Positions 49,636 through 60,826 of a stretch of 64,000 bases of DNA are shown here, in pieces. Positions within the stretch are counted from its first letter, which is position 1. Each line of letters begins with the position of its first letter. Under the pieces are notes generated by a model. That model was not told the DNA's origin, ran no database searches, and saw nothing but the letters and a program-made list of their open reading frames with translations. Source of the stretch: Laetmonice hystrix (taxonomy: Eukaryota); assembly GCA_965235115.1 (NCBI GenBank), contig OZ249436.1, positions 37,574,001-37,638,000 of the forward strand, written 5' to 3'. A program made the translations under genes and the position numbers.

Positions 49636-50790
49636 TATTTCAGAGTCGGCCGAATATAATTTTGAGTCGGCCGACTGCTAGACTGCCGAATTTCGCACAA
49701 TGGGAGCACACCAGTCGGCCGATTTTTCTCAATCGCTGGGGAAATTCGGCCGATCAGAAAAGCTTGACATGTCAAACTTTTTTCGGCCGATTCAACGATC
49801 GGCTGATAAAATTTAATAGGCTGACCAATCAAACAGCGAGTACGAATCATGTGACTAGGCCTGCCATGTGATGAGGCACTTGTGTATCATCATGGCGGAT
49901 TTTAAGTGGGACAGGACATCAGAGGACAACTTGATGGAACTCTGGGGGCAGTAGCCCCCCCCTCCCAATCTTTATGACTACACACACCCCGCCTACTACC
50001 ACAAGAACGAGAGCAAAGCTCTCACTCAGGGAAATAGCTGACAGGATTGGATGTAGGCCTACGGCTACAGACCTGTTGTCTGGTTAGGCCTAGGCCTAGG
50101 CTATAGCCTAGATCTATAGAAACTGCCTCTCGGCCGGCTCGGCATTAGAGTGTAATGTGTAGGGCCTAGCCCCCCCCCCCCCCCCGCAAAATTGACACAA
50201 AATTCATCAAGAAACGTGTAGATTTCCTTCAACAGTAGACTATATTCCGGGATTTAGATTCAGAGTGGGCGTGCACGAGACAGGTCAGTGCCCGTGCGGA
50301 GGTCAGGGTGGGGGCCGGCGGCATGATCGAGCTCCGTCAGCATAGCCCTACGAAGCACAGGCAGGCGTATCCAGGGGGTTTCCACGTATCCCGGACCCCC
50401 CCCCCCCCCCAAAGGGGGTGCATTATTTTAACCAAAGGAAACCTTCATATTTCCACACAAGATGTCCCGAGATTGCATTATTTGATGTCTTTTTGTTAAA
50501 TTTCCTAGAGGAGCATGGCCTAGGCTAATGGCCATCTCTGAAGTAGACCTACCTAAACTTCGGAAACCCCCCTTTAAAAATTCTAGATAGGCCCTAGGCC
50601 TAGCCTACGCCAGGTGGTGCTGCAGGCACACGGACCCCGGCGACCTGCCGACCTAAATTCCCGCGCGAATCGTAGAATGGGAGCGCCCAAGTCGGCCGAT
50701 AATCGGTTAGCGGTAATCGGCCGAACATGACAGGATCGTACCCAAATATTCGGCCGACTCTGAAATAATCGCACAGTGGGAGCGCGGCTT
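49636..50790. mobile_element. PIF/Harbinger-derived element with a broken MADF/Myb-SANT ORF
   Basis: Perfect 22-bp inverted repeats at 49636-49657 and 50746-50767. 49892-50053 reads MADFKWDRTSEDNLMELWGQ* / PNLYDYTHPAYYHKNESK / LREIADRIGC, with a stop and frameshifts. Confidence 0.7.
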
Positions 50791-53118
50791 AGGCAGGGTA
50801 CCAGGCTACAGTCTGACCCGGGAGGTCAAAATGACCGTTAGCCAGAGATCGAAATTCATCGATTCCAGACTTTGTGCTGCCCTTATTATGTCTCATTGGG
50901 CCTTCCAAGCTTGGAAATAAGTGACATAAGTTATTTTAAGTGTGTTTATCAATATTAAGTTCAGATATATGGGCAGGATAGGGGTTTTCATTGTGGTCCG
51001 GGGATTCGACTGAACACATCAGGAATTTGCATTCAGTGGCGTTCGTCTCTATACGGTAGTACAGAGACTGATACTTTGTCTAACTTTTACAAACATGGAA
51101 TAGCGCTAATGAACAGAGGCCAAAATTACCAACAATAGCAGGACTACAAAGTAGGACAAACAGTACGGTATGTGAATAAATAGGACAGTAACGACAGGTG
51201 AAAATGTTTATCAAGGTTTAAATCTGCACCAAGTAGGCCTATCAAAGAGTAAAAGTGGCTGATTTGAGTGCAGTATGACTTTGGTAAGGCGTATTTCATT
51301 TTCTGTTCATAATGCTACCAACATCTGTTGAACTTGCGATGTTGCAAACAACGGTAGCCGGTAGGACAGTGTTTGTCCTATCCCGATGACGTCTTCACGA
51401 ACAAACGTTATTAGACAAGGTCATGCCTATAACACCTCATCACCATTACATATCGCTAACCCTCGGCCCTAACCTTGGCCAAAAACTTCCACACACAAAA
51501 TTTGTACATAGGCTAGCTCTAGTCGTGCCCCGTAGGAGTCTATGCCTACAGGCTTAATGCGCCACACCTGCGCAGCATTTTACAGTGCAATAAAGCTGTA
51601 CGCCGGTAACACCAGCGGCACTGGCAAGGGAAGCGGAAAGGTCAGACAAGGGGACAGGCATCGACCCTTGGTTAAACAGAGTTAAACACAACGTAGAGCC
51701 AGTGAAAAGGCAACTTTGAGGGATCAGTATTTCAATAAGAATTTATCAAATATGTACGGTGATGGTGCCAAGGAGAAGTTGGGCTACATATAATCTGCGA
51801 TTAACAGATTCTAGTTCATGGAACACAGCCACAGGTTGGCTCCATACCTCCATGGGTTATTACCCCATGGCCATGGTAACCGCCCCACAAAATCTCTGGG
51901 CAGGGGTTCGGGTTAAAGATAGGGAAAGCATATGGATATGTTTTTGGGAGGTGTAGGGACTGCTAGGGCTTAGTGATAAGGTCAGGGCTATGTATCTTTA
52001 CTTTCGACCAAATTTCGTGGGACTGAAGTTATCACGGGCGATGTATACCCGTCCCTGCCATAGCTACGGTTATGGCACGGACACAGTCGAGGAGACGTTG
52101 CAAAGACTGAATGTAGGCCTGGTTAACATATAGGCTAGGTCTCTGTGTTTTAACAGAACAGTACAACTAAGTTGAGCCTCTCTTAGTCTTTAGTTAGAAT
52201 AACATTTCTAGGAACTTAAGCAAGAGTAAAGGTAGAGGTCTCCCGGTAGCCAGCAGCTAACCCATTAAAATAAAAACAAATCAAAACAAATAACTGCATA
52301 CCTCACCAAGCAGTCTTCACAGCGATCCTGGCTCTGCGCTGTCATTTTCTAGGTCAAGGTGTGCCACTCGGGTAGACTGGAGCCACAATCTCCCATAGTT
52401 CAGAGGGGCTCGCTCCACTACCCCTCTACCAAACATGACTTTTCAGTTACGGGCAAAATCGGGCCCCTACGCGTTTAACCACGTTTTTGCAAAGTCGGCC
52501 GTCCTGTATGGTATCTGTAAAATTTAACGTACCTCTAAATCCCCAAACCGAGATTATACCGAGTGACATTCGTCGTACAAGACAAGAGAAATACCTGATG
52601 AAATAATAGGAACTACATTTGCGGAGGGAATTCAGCTATAGTCGCAAGTCGGTTGGCCAAATTCGGGATGATTCGAAACACTATTCTAGGTACTTCCGTT
52701 CCAACACAGCGGCTGCAGATGATTTCGAAGATTTGGTTGTTTGTGTGCGCATTAATGGGACATATTATGAGGAAACGTGAAAAATCGGTATTTCAAAAGA
52801 ACTTTTGCTGTTTTCATAAAGAGATCCTTCATTAATATTGCTTGGTAAACAAAGACAGACTTATCAGTTTATTTTGTGTGAGAAATCGAAGTTTATGAAG
52901 CTCCCTTGCCCGCTTTTCTGCCGACTTCGTAAAATATTTTTTGGGTGGCATTCTGGTGCCGGACGATCGAGTGGACACGCAGGATCGATGTGACACAGTA
53001 TGCAATTACACGGGTTGATGGGAGGTTGTCTATAGCAAATTATGGCGGGAGATGTGCTATGTGGAGAAATCTATAGGTTTGGTCGTATAGAATCTACTTG
53101 TGCTGCATACGCATTTGC

Positions 53119-53797
53119 ATTTGCTTAACTCAACAATGAAAACAAATCCGCCATTGGTCTAGACTTTACCATGTATAGGCCTACTACCACTTAGTCCTAC
53201 TCCTACTACTATACCCCCCACCCCCACCCACCAAAAAGGCGCAATTCTGCAATTTTTCATGGGAAGCATTAGCTACAGGCTATGAAATAATGCAGTCCCT
53301 TATTTCATAGTTAGCAATATTTGATAGCTACAGTCTATAAAATAATGCAGGCTATGAAATAATGCAATATTTCATAGGCAGCAATATTTCATAACTACAG
53401 GCTACGGAATAATGCAGTGACACAATGCGGCAATATTTCATAGGCAGTAATATTTCATAGTAGGCCTACATCAGATATAATTCCAAGAACGAACGGTTGA
53501 GAAGGTTCTCAATACCTCAGTTTGAAGGACAAACAGTCAGACGTTGTATTGAAATGTTGTCAAGGAGATGTGGTTACGGCGTTACCGACTGATTATGGCA
53601 AAACCGTCATCATCCACATGCTGCCCTGCAAAAAAGGCTACATACAATCGACTGCAGGCGCCTGGCCCCTGCGGGCCCTCTCCAGCCCAGTCTGAGTTAT
53701 GTATAGCTTTAGAACATAATGGACTTTTGTATGTGGCAAGCTTGATAACGATTCGAAACACCTGTAGTGTAAATTACGAGTTGAAATTAAATCTTGT
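53119..53797. repeat. ~680-bp dispersed direct repeat, copy 2 (RecQ-like relic at 53516-53629)
   Basis: Near-identical to 43194-43872. Confidence 0.95.
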
Positions 53798-53810
53798 TTA
53801 ACTGAGTAAC

Positions 53811-54030
53811 TACGGTGGCCCAGAAGTCCAAACTGCTGTACTTCACAGACAATTCCTTCTCTTCACAGTAAAATTCCTTTTCTTCACAGCGAAATCTCTG
53901 CGCTTCACAGACAATTCCTTCTCTTCACAGCCAATTTTGTTGCCTTCACATTGGAATTCCTGAGATTCTCAGGCGATTGCTTGTATTCTCAGTTAATTCA
54001 TTGTCTTCTCGGACAATTCCTCGAAAACGC
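53811..54030. repeat. ~21-bp cttcacag tandem units behind a tacggtggccc terminus (possibly IS3EU-like)
   Basis: cttcacag recurs about every 20-21 bp. The family assignment rests only on the TAYGG start. Confidence 0.5.
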
Positions 54031-54186
54031 AGGTGGCGCCATCTTTAGAGGAATAGGCCGACTCAAAGTATTTCCGGGTTAGCATTTCGAAAGAATGAAT
54101 TAACCAATATTGCTTCCGGTACGTGGTGGGCGAGACTTCTTCAGATACTGGAAAACAAATAAAAAGCAAAGCCTAACGTCCTAAAG

Positions 54187-54770
54187 CATTCGGGAATCCT
54201 CGGCCATATCTTCGAAAGTAGCCTCGTGTAAAATCGGCGCCATTTTGAGCATTGCATCGCGGGTACATTTAACCGGGACTCTCGCCAGCACATCAATGCT
54301 TGCAGTATTTTGCCTGCATCAGGCATGGAGGCAACTAAAATAGGCCTCCAGTGCTGTCCCCAAAATCATTGGGCAATATACAATAGTATCATGTTCATGA
54401 TACAAGTAGTCCTACCATGTGTCGTGGTGTTGTCGTTCATGGCCGCGGCCATATTGCTTCCCATAATTTGACAAATTACAATATCACGCCCATTCAGGTA
54501 AATTAGGTGATTCATTTTTCTTCTTCTAACGTTCCCCTTCCCCGTTCCCCGTTCCCCTTCATACCAGAAATTTATATTTGCACATACAACGCCGAAGGAG
54601 CAGGTGTCAATAGCCACTTCCTGGCTCGATGGGATATGACGGTTCACTCAGTGCCTCGCTACACATGCCCATCTCGTCATGTATCTCGTCGCCATGATGG
54701 CGCTCAAATCACCCGAGGGTAATTTCGGATAGCAGGAATTGACGTCGAATGCCCGAGGGACTCCCAAATG
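54187..54770 (-). repeat. Inverted, diverged copy of 45250-45853
   Basis: See the partner feature at 45250-45853. Confidence 0.85.
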
Positions 54771-55233
54771 ATACAGGTTAGTGTGACAGATCTTGTAACC
54801 AAAAATAACTATAACTTAAAGGCGTCAGCCTCTAAGATCTAACTATTCCACTGGGGGGGTGCAGGGGGGCAAGGGGCCCGCCCGCCCCCCTTAGATGTTC
54901 CTTTTTCCCGCTTCTTTTAAGAAGATGCTCTATTCGGACCCTGAAACCAGTATTCCAACAAAATTCTGTAAAGAAAAGCCTCCTATATTGTACGTGAAAG
55001 TAACATCGGGCCCAATATGGCCTCCTCAGTCATCCAGGAGCAACATAACTCTGGGTCATGCAGCATTGAAATAGACCAAGAAGGGGCCCAAAATGGCCAT
55101 GATTACAATAAAATCATGCAGAGCTGCCTTAGCGAGGCTAAAAAAAATTTAGGTGCCCCCCCCCCTATCAAAATCCTGGATCCCCCCACTGTCTTCAGTT
55201 TAGGTGAGGGTGAATAAGCCTCCAGTCAACTAA

Positions 55234-56001
55234 TCAAACCGGTTTACTGGAGTAGCGGTGTCCAAGCGTGTGACGTGGCATAAAATCACAGGCGGCATAG
55301 TTCGAAAGCCCGGAACTGCTGTCTGAACTGACTGTATCCGGTTCATCAACATGACCTCTGACCGAGTCTACGTCAATCGAGTTAAATGGTTGAGCTGTGT
55401 TATTATCTTCATAAACCTGCATGCTCTTGAACATCTCAGCAGGGGCATATCCATCGCTGAGATTGTCCTCCCCATAATCATCGCTCTGAGTCGGTTCTCC
55501 GGCAACTTCTGCTGAATCTAACTGAAGAACAGGAAGCTGGAAACTGCGGCGGGAGTCGTGTCCACGTTGGGGCGCGTTTGGCCATGTGAATCGAGACATG
55601 GAGGATCGGGACTCGGAAGTGTCGAACACAGCCGGACAGTAATTTGGGTAGTCAGATTCCTCATCAACGGTCGAAGTGCTGTCTGGATGGTCTCCTGCTG
55701 TTGCTAGGGAATCATCTTCACCATCTGAACTCTTGTTTGCGAGGGAGGTTGCCCCGTAATCATTCCAGTTAACGTTGATATTGGGGGGTAAAAGACTGAC
55801 GACGAATCCCTCGGTGTTGTCTGTACTCGACTGGCTGCTACTGGCGCCATCTATATCCCGCCACAGGAACCTTCCACCCTGGTTGGTCGTCACGACCCCT
55901 GGGTCAGTGATGTCATTTAGTTGGTCATCCTGGTGTATTGAAAGAACTGGGACGAGACGTATCCATTGTCGATTCCTTTCGGTTGGTGTTTGCTCATTCA
56001 T
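55234..56001 (-). CDS. Terminal exon of a single-pass receptor: acidic, Ser-rich cytoplasmic tail with several Tyr motifs
   Basis: 255 open codons after the acceptor gtttttgcag (phase 0). Motifs DYPNYCPA, DGYAPA, VYED and NYAAC; no catalytic motifs recognised. Confidence 0.75.
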   Translation of the reverse strand: MNEQTPTERNRQWIRLVPVLSIHQDDQLNDITDPGVVTTNQGGRFLWRDIDGASSSQSSTDNTEGFVVSLLPPNINVNWNDYGATSLANKSSDGEDDSLATAGDHPDSTSTVDEESDYPNYCPAVFDTSESRSSMSRFTWPNAPQRGHDSRRSFQLPVLQLDSAEVAGEPTQSDDYGEDNLSDGYAPAEMFKSMQVYEDNNTAQPFNSIDVDSVRGHVDEPDTVSSDSSSGLSNYAACDFMPRHTLGHRYSSKPV

Positions 56002-56119
56002 CTGCAAAAACTACCAACAGTGCGCAGTAATGATATATTAAACTTTTCTATCCTTTTCAGACAAGCTATCATCGATATATTCTATAAGTTTCAATGTTAC
56101 AATGTGAATAATCACTTAC

Positions 56120-56164
56120 CCTGGTTGCATCATTTTCTCTACCGTTTTCGACGTCATCAAGCAT
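56120..56164 (-). CDS. 45-nt internal exon of the receptor (MLDDVENGRENDATR)
   Basis: ttatag|...|gtaagt, phase 0-0, open frame. Confidence 0.7.
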
Positions 56165-56487
56165 CTATAATTGGTAAAATTATACAGATGGCAATTGAAC
56201 TTTAGTTAAAAGAATCCGTTTATTGTATAGGTGTAGGTTCCGCAAGAAAAGCCAGTCTACATAGAAAACCACGGGATGATTATTATGTGAGTGAAACTAT
56301 CTATCGACCCACAAACGAATACGGTGCATTAACTATTTGGTATTGGAATGTCAAAATGGCTTACATAAATTCAAAGAAAACTGTACACTGATTTCCCCCT
56401 AAACCTTACAGATTAAAACAGCAAGCAAGACTCGTGGGGCGAAAAAAAGGGATACAGCGAAAGGTATATCTTTTAGAGAATATCTAC

Positions 56488-56545
56488 CTGGTTGGAAACA
56501 CAAGGTTGAACAATGTGGATTTGAGGACTTTGATTGAAACATGTT
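56488..56545 (-). CDS. 58-nt juxtamembrane exon (R-TCFNQSPQIHIVQPCVSNQ)
   Basis: tatttttcag|...CAG|gtagat, phase 2-0, compatible with both neighbouring exons. Confidence 0.75.
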
Positions 56546-56782
56546 CTGAAAAATAGAACACGGCTGCTATAGAGATGGAACTATGCAGATAAATAAACAA
56601 TAACTTAAGTCATTTATTTTAATCTGTTTACAAGGTGTGCACTTAAATGTATCAGTTTAGTTCTTATTACTAGTATACTGAACAAGATGGCGCACTGGTT
56701 TACTGTGTGCCATTATACGCATATACACCCTTGCTCATAACCTAAACTTTTAATCTTTCTGAAATCGGGCACAGGACCTCAC

Positions 56783-56879
56783 CTCACACTGACGATAACA
56801 CCAACAATAAAGAGGGCTCCAAAAATGAGACCAAAAATAATCAGAACTGATACTGTTCCTTTCGTCAAGCCGCTTCTGG
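56783..56879 (-). CDS. Transmembrane exon (RSGLTKGTVSVLIIFGLIFGALFIVGVIVSVR)
   Basis: gatttcag|...AG|gtgagg, phase 1-2, with a ~23-residue uncharged helix. The ectodomain exons must lie further right, probably beyond the window. Confidence 0.8.
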
Positions 56880-57061
56880 CTGAAATCCAAGGTGGCAACA
56901 TATTGGTCAATATTATAATTTATCACGTGCCGGGGAGTGAAGCGTGACATTATACCGTCAAAAATCATGCATATATATTGACTGATATGCAAAAGTGCCT
57001 TTGCATCCCCTCCTGAGGCCATGTAGCCTAAATTTACTTCTTGCATTCAAATATATATTCC

Positions 57062-59603
57062 AACTAGATACGTTGTGGAGTACCACAATGGATCCCATCC
57101 CCGGGGTGTCCCATGTAACATGTTCTGAATAGGGATAACTATGGTACTATCTTGCACCCGTGACGACTTATGAGCCTTAGAAGATGGAAGTTACGTCATT
57201 ATGACCTTATGCTACGTCATAAATATTGATCTCAATGGACTTCCTATTCATGTTCAAAAATAACTATAGGTGTATCTATAGCGCGTGTCACCAAGTTAGG
57301 AACTAAAACATCATGTTGCCCTGACATTTTTTGTGCCGGTGCTAATATCTCAGCAACTATTGGGTCTACAGTATTCAAATAAACATCATTCTAGACCTTA
57401 GACTTAGATCTACGTAAATCACAACATGGCATCTGTCTATTCTTTAAATCCTACAAGCTAGCAGTGTGTGAAGAGCTACGAAAACTTGCCGAAATTTTCC
57501 ATTTTCCTTGACTCTGCACCAGTAAATGTGTCGCTGCAGTCATCGTATTCAACTTGACACATCCTAACTTGCATGCTGGTTTCAAAATTAAATTCCCGAT
57601 CGAATGGTACTACAGTCATCTTTATAGCTTCAATTTTGCCAGTTGTAGTAGCAGCACACTGTGAGATCGAAATTTGCCGTTTTTGTACGTTTATAGGTCA
57701 AAACGTCACAGATGCATTGTCAGACGTCACAGAAGAACAACGTCATTGTGAATTTTCAATGATAGGATAAGGTTCAAATTTTTTTACAACATAATATTAT
57801 ATGTCTTTGTAAAGGGAATCTTTTTCTGTTTTCCACTGTAATATTTTTTTCTAATACTGGGATATTTTGACCTTGCAAGAGCTTCCTGTTTGGCATAATG
57901 TTAACTGCCAGGATGTCGACCTCATCATGTTTATCATCCGGGTCACAGCTGTCAAAACGTGTCACAAAAAGTCTTATGTAAAGTTGATGTTTTCTCAGTA
58001 ACGAAGCGTGCGATTGAGCTAAAACTTTTTGGCCGTTTACCTGAGATGATTGTAAAGCTTTTAGTATAAGTTTGAATTATAGCAGATTTCCAGTTTTTGT
58101 ACAAGCAGCATTATGTCTGCTGCTGGCACTGCGAAGTCTGACTCTGCTGTGACGTCGGCGGCCATGAGATGGGCCATGTGCTTGACTAAAAGTCCGGGTT
58201 GTCATGGTGTTTTCTTATTAATATCATAAAATCTTGCATAATAAAACTTTTGAACTGGGCTATTATTATGATCATACACTATTTCATAATGTTAGAAGCT
58301 TTTATTGAAATTTAAGAATGGTAACCCTGAATTTGTTGGGGATCAAATGAGCTACCCGAGACAGTTCCTAACTTGCTGCAAAGAACTATAGCACCGTTTA
58401 CTAGTTACAGGCTTCTACCAATCCTTAGAAGGGCTCAGTTACGTCATAAGGATGTAATAGATCACACAACAGAATAAATCTTGGTGTCAATTGAAAGAAC
58501 ATAATGAGGACTTCCTGTTTATAAATATTCAATACTAACTATGGGTCTAACTCCTACCATTTACAAGTTAAAACCCTGAGAAAATATCGATGACATCGTT
58601 ATGTCATGGGTCACGTGTCCTAAGAAATAATGATGCCAAACGAAAGAGTATACATGACTTCCTATTCGTGTTCAATAGTAACTATGGGTCTAACTTCAAG
58701 CATTAACAAGTTATATCCCTTAGAAAATATCGATGACATCTTTACGACGTCACAGGTCACGTGACCTTAAGGATGACGATACCAAGTGATAGCAAGTTAT
58801 AGCCCTCACAAAATATAGGTTCACTGGCTGTGGTAATCAGTACCAGTTCAATCCAGTATTAGCTTGTCAGATTGCGTAGCACTGGCGATAAGTGTCTTGA
58901 CTCACATGCTATGGGTCGCCGGTTCAATCCCAGGCCGAGTCACCTATTTTTTTGGACTTCTACCGGAAGGGTCCCGCGTTCAATCCCAGGCCGAGTCACG
59001 TTTCTTTTTGTTTTTGTTTTTTCCCTCTAATTTTTAAAAATGGTCACGTGACCTGAAAAAAAATATCATAAAAGAGCATAATGACTTCTTATCTGTGTTT
59101 AATAGTAACCAATGCCAAATCTGGCACCGTTTACAAGTTCTAGAAAATTGACAATTTTTCGAAATTTCAAAGTCACGTGATTCAGCGAATATTAGTCAAA
59201 TCGCTTATCTTTTGATGATTTGAGACAAGCTCATGTTAGAGAGTCCTTCTGCCTAGTATTGTCGAATTTCACCAAAAAATGAAGAAGAAGTAGCGATTTA
59301 AGAGATTTGTGACTGAGGACCCAGTTCTCCCAAAGTTCAAGGTCAAATGACAAATGAAGGGTCCATGTTAGACTAGACCCTTGCCTGATTAAAACGCCAT
59401 GATGGGGTTTGGAAATTCCCAATATGAACGTCATGACGTGACGTCATACGTCACGTCACGTGATATGTCACAACTTATTGTCTGACCAGTCTTTGTCATG
59501 GTCAAGATGTGTGCCAAATTTGATTGAGATATCTTGAAAACTGACTGAGATGGACGCCACTGTTTACTACTACTACTACTACTACTACTACGACGACGCA
59601 AAG
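57062..59603 (-). mobile_element. Helentron-type element, unit 1 (older, with secondary insertions)
   Basis: aactag + gtggagtaccac hairpin + ggatcccatcccc; degenerate 146-bp units; conserved body module; (TAC)n at about 59564-59591. Confidence 0.7.
58872..58945 (+). mobile_element. tRNA-derived SINE head
   Basis: A-box-like tagcactggcg and B box ggttcaatccc at 58921. gttcaatcccaggccgagtcac is repeated at about 58978. Confidence 0.5.
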
Positions 59604-60826
59604 AACTAGACACGTTGTGGTGATACCACAATGGATCCCATCCCCTGGGTGTCCCGTCTGATATGTTTATAGTATAGTTAACTATCATGTATGACTTCCG
59701 ATTCGTATTAGATAGAAACTGGGGCTATATCTTGCATGGCTCACGGCTCATACACCTTAGAAGATTCCAATGATGTCATGATGACGTCATAGGTCACGTG
59801 ACCTGAAAAATGATGGTATCAAAGGAAAGAGCATATATGACTTCCTATTCATCTTTAATAGTAACTATGGCTCTAACTCCAACCATTTACAAGTGATAGC
59901 CCTGAGAAAGTATGGTTGACATCATTATGACGTCATAGGTCACGTGACCTGAAAAATAATGGTGTCAAGTGAAAGAGCATATATGACTTCCTATTAGTGT
60001 TTAATAGTAAGTATGGCTCTATCTTCAGCCATTTATAAGTTATAGCCCTGAGAAAGTATTGATGACATCGGCATGACGTCATAGGTCACGTGACCTAAAA
60101 AGAATGGTATCAAATGAAAGAGCATATATGACTTCCTATTAGTGTTTAATAGTAACTATGGCTCTAACTTCAACCATTTACAAGTTATAGCCCTGAGAAA
60201 ATATTGATGACATCGTTATGACGTCATATATCACGTGACCTGAAAAATATTGGTGCCAAATGAAAGAGCATATATGACTTCCTATTCGTGTTCAATAGTA
60301 ACCATGACCCTATCTGGCACCGTTTACGAGTTATAGCCGTAGATACCTAAACTGACCACTGTTCAAAACTTTATGGTCACGTGATTCAGCGAAAATAGGT
60401 CAAATCGCTTATCCGTGGAAATATCTGGTGAAGCTCTTGTTAGAGAGTCTTTCTGTGCAATATTGTCAAATTTGACCAAAAAATAAAGAAGGAGAAGCGA
60501 TTTAACCAATTTGTGACTTAGGACCCAATTCTCCCTAAGGTCAAAGGTCAAAGGTCAAATGAAGGGTCAGTTTTAGGCTAGACCGTTGCCTGATCATAAC
60601 ACTACGATATATCTTGGAAATTCCCAATATGATCTTAAGAAATGGCCCTTAATATCCCAAACACGTTTGACGTCATGACGTCATGACGTGACGTCACGTG
60701 ACGTCATAAATGATTATGTGACCTGACATTGTCATGGTCAAGCTGTGTGCCAAATTTGATCGAGATATCTTGAAAAATGACTGAGATAGAGGTACTGTTT
60801 ACTCCTACTACTACTACTACGCAAAA
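59604..60826 (-). mobile_element. Helentron-type element, unit 2, with about four 146-bp internal repeats
   Basis: aactag at 59604; gacgtcata at 59783, 59929, 60075 and 60220; (TAC)n tail. Confidence 0.8.

Noticed and set aside
51570..52515. Possible minus-strand exons (acceptor near 52515, donors near 52305 and 51570)
   Set aside because: Splice-like sites exist, but I could not build a convincing open frame or tie them to a gene.
43194..53797. The 680-bp direct repeats as the LTR pair of a retrotransposon
   Set aside because: No TG..CA ends, PBS, PPT or TSD, and no gag/pol remnants between them.
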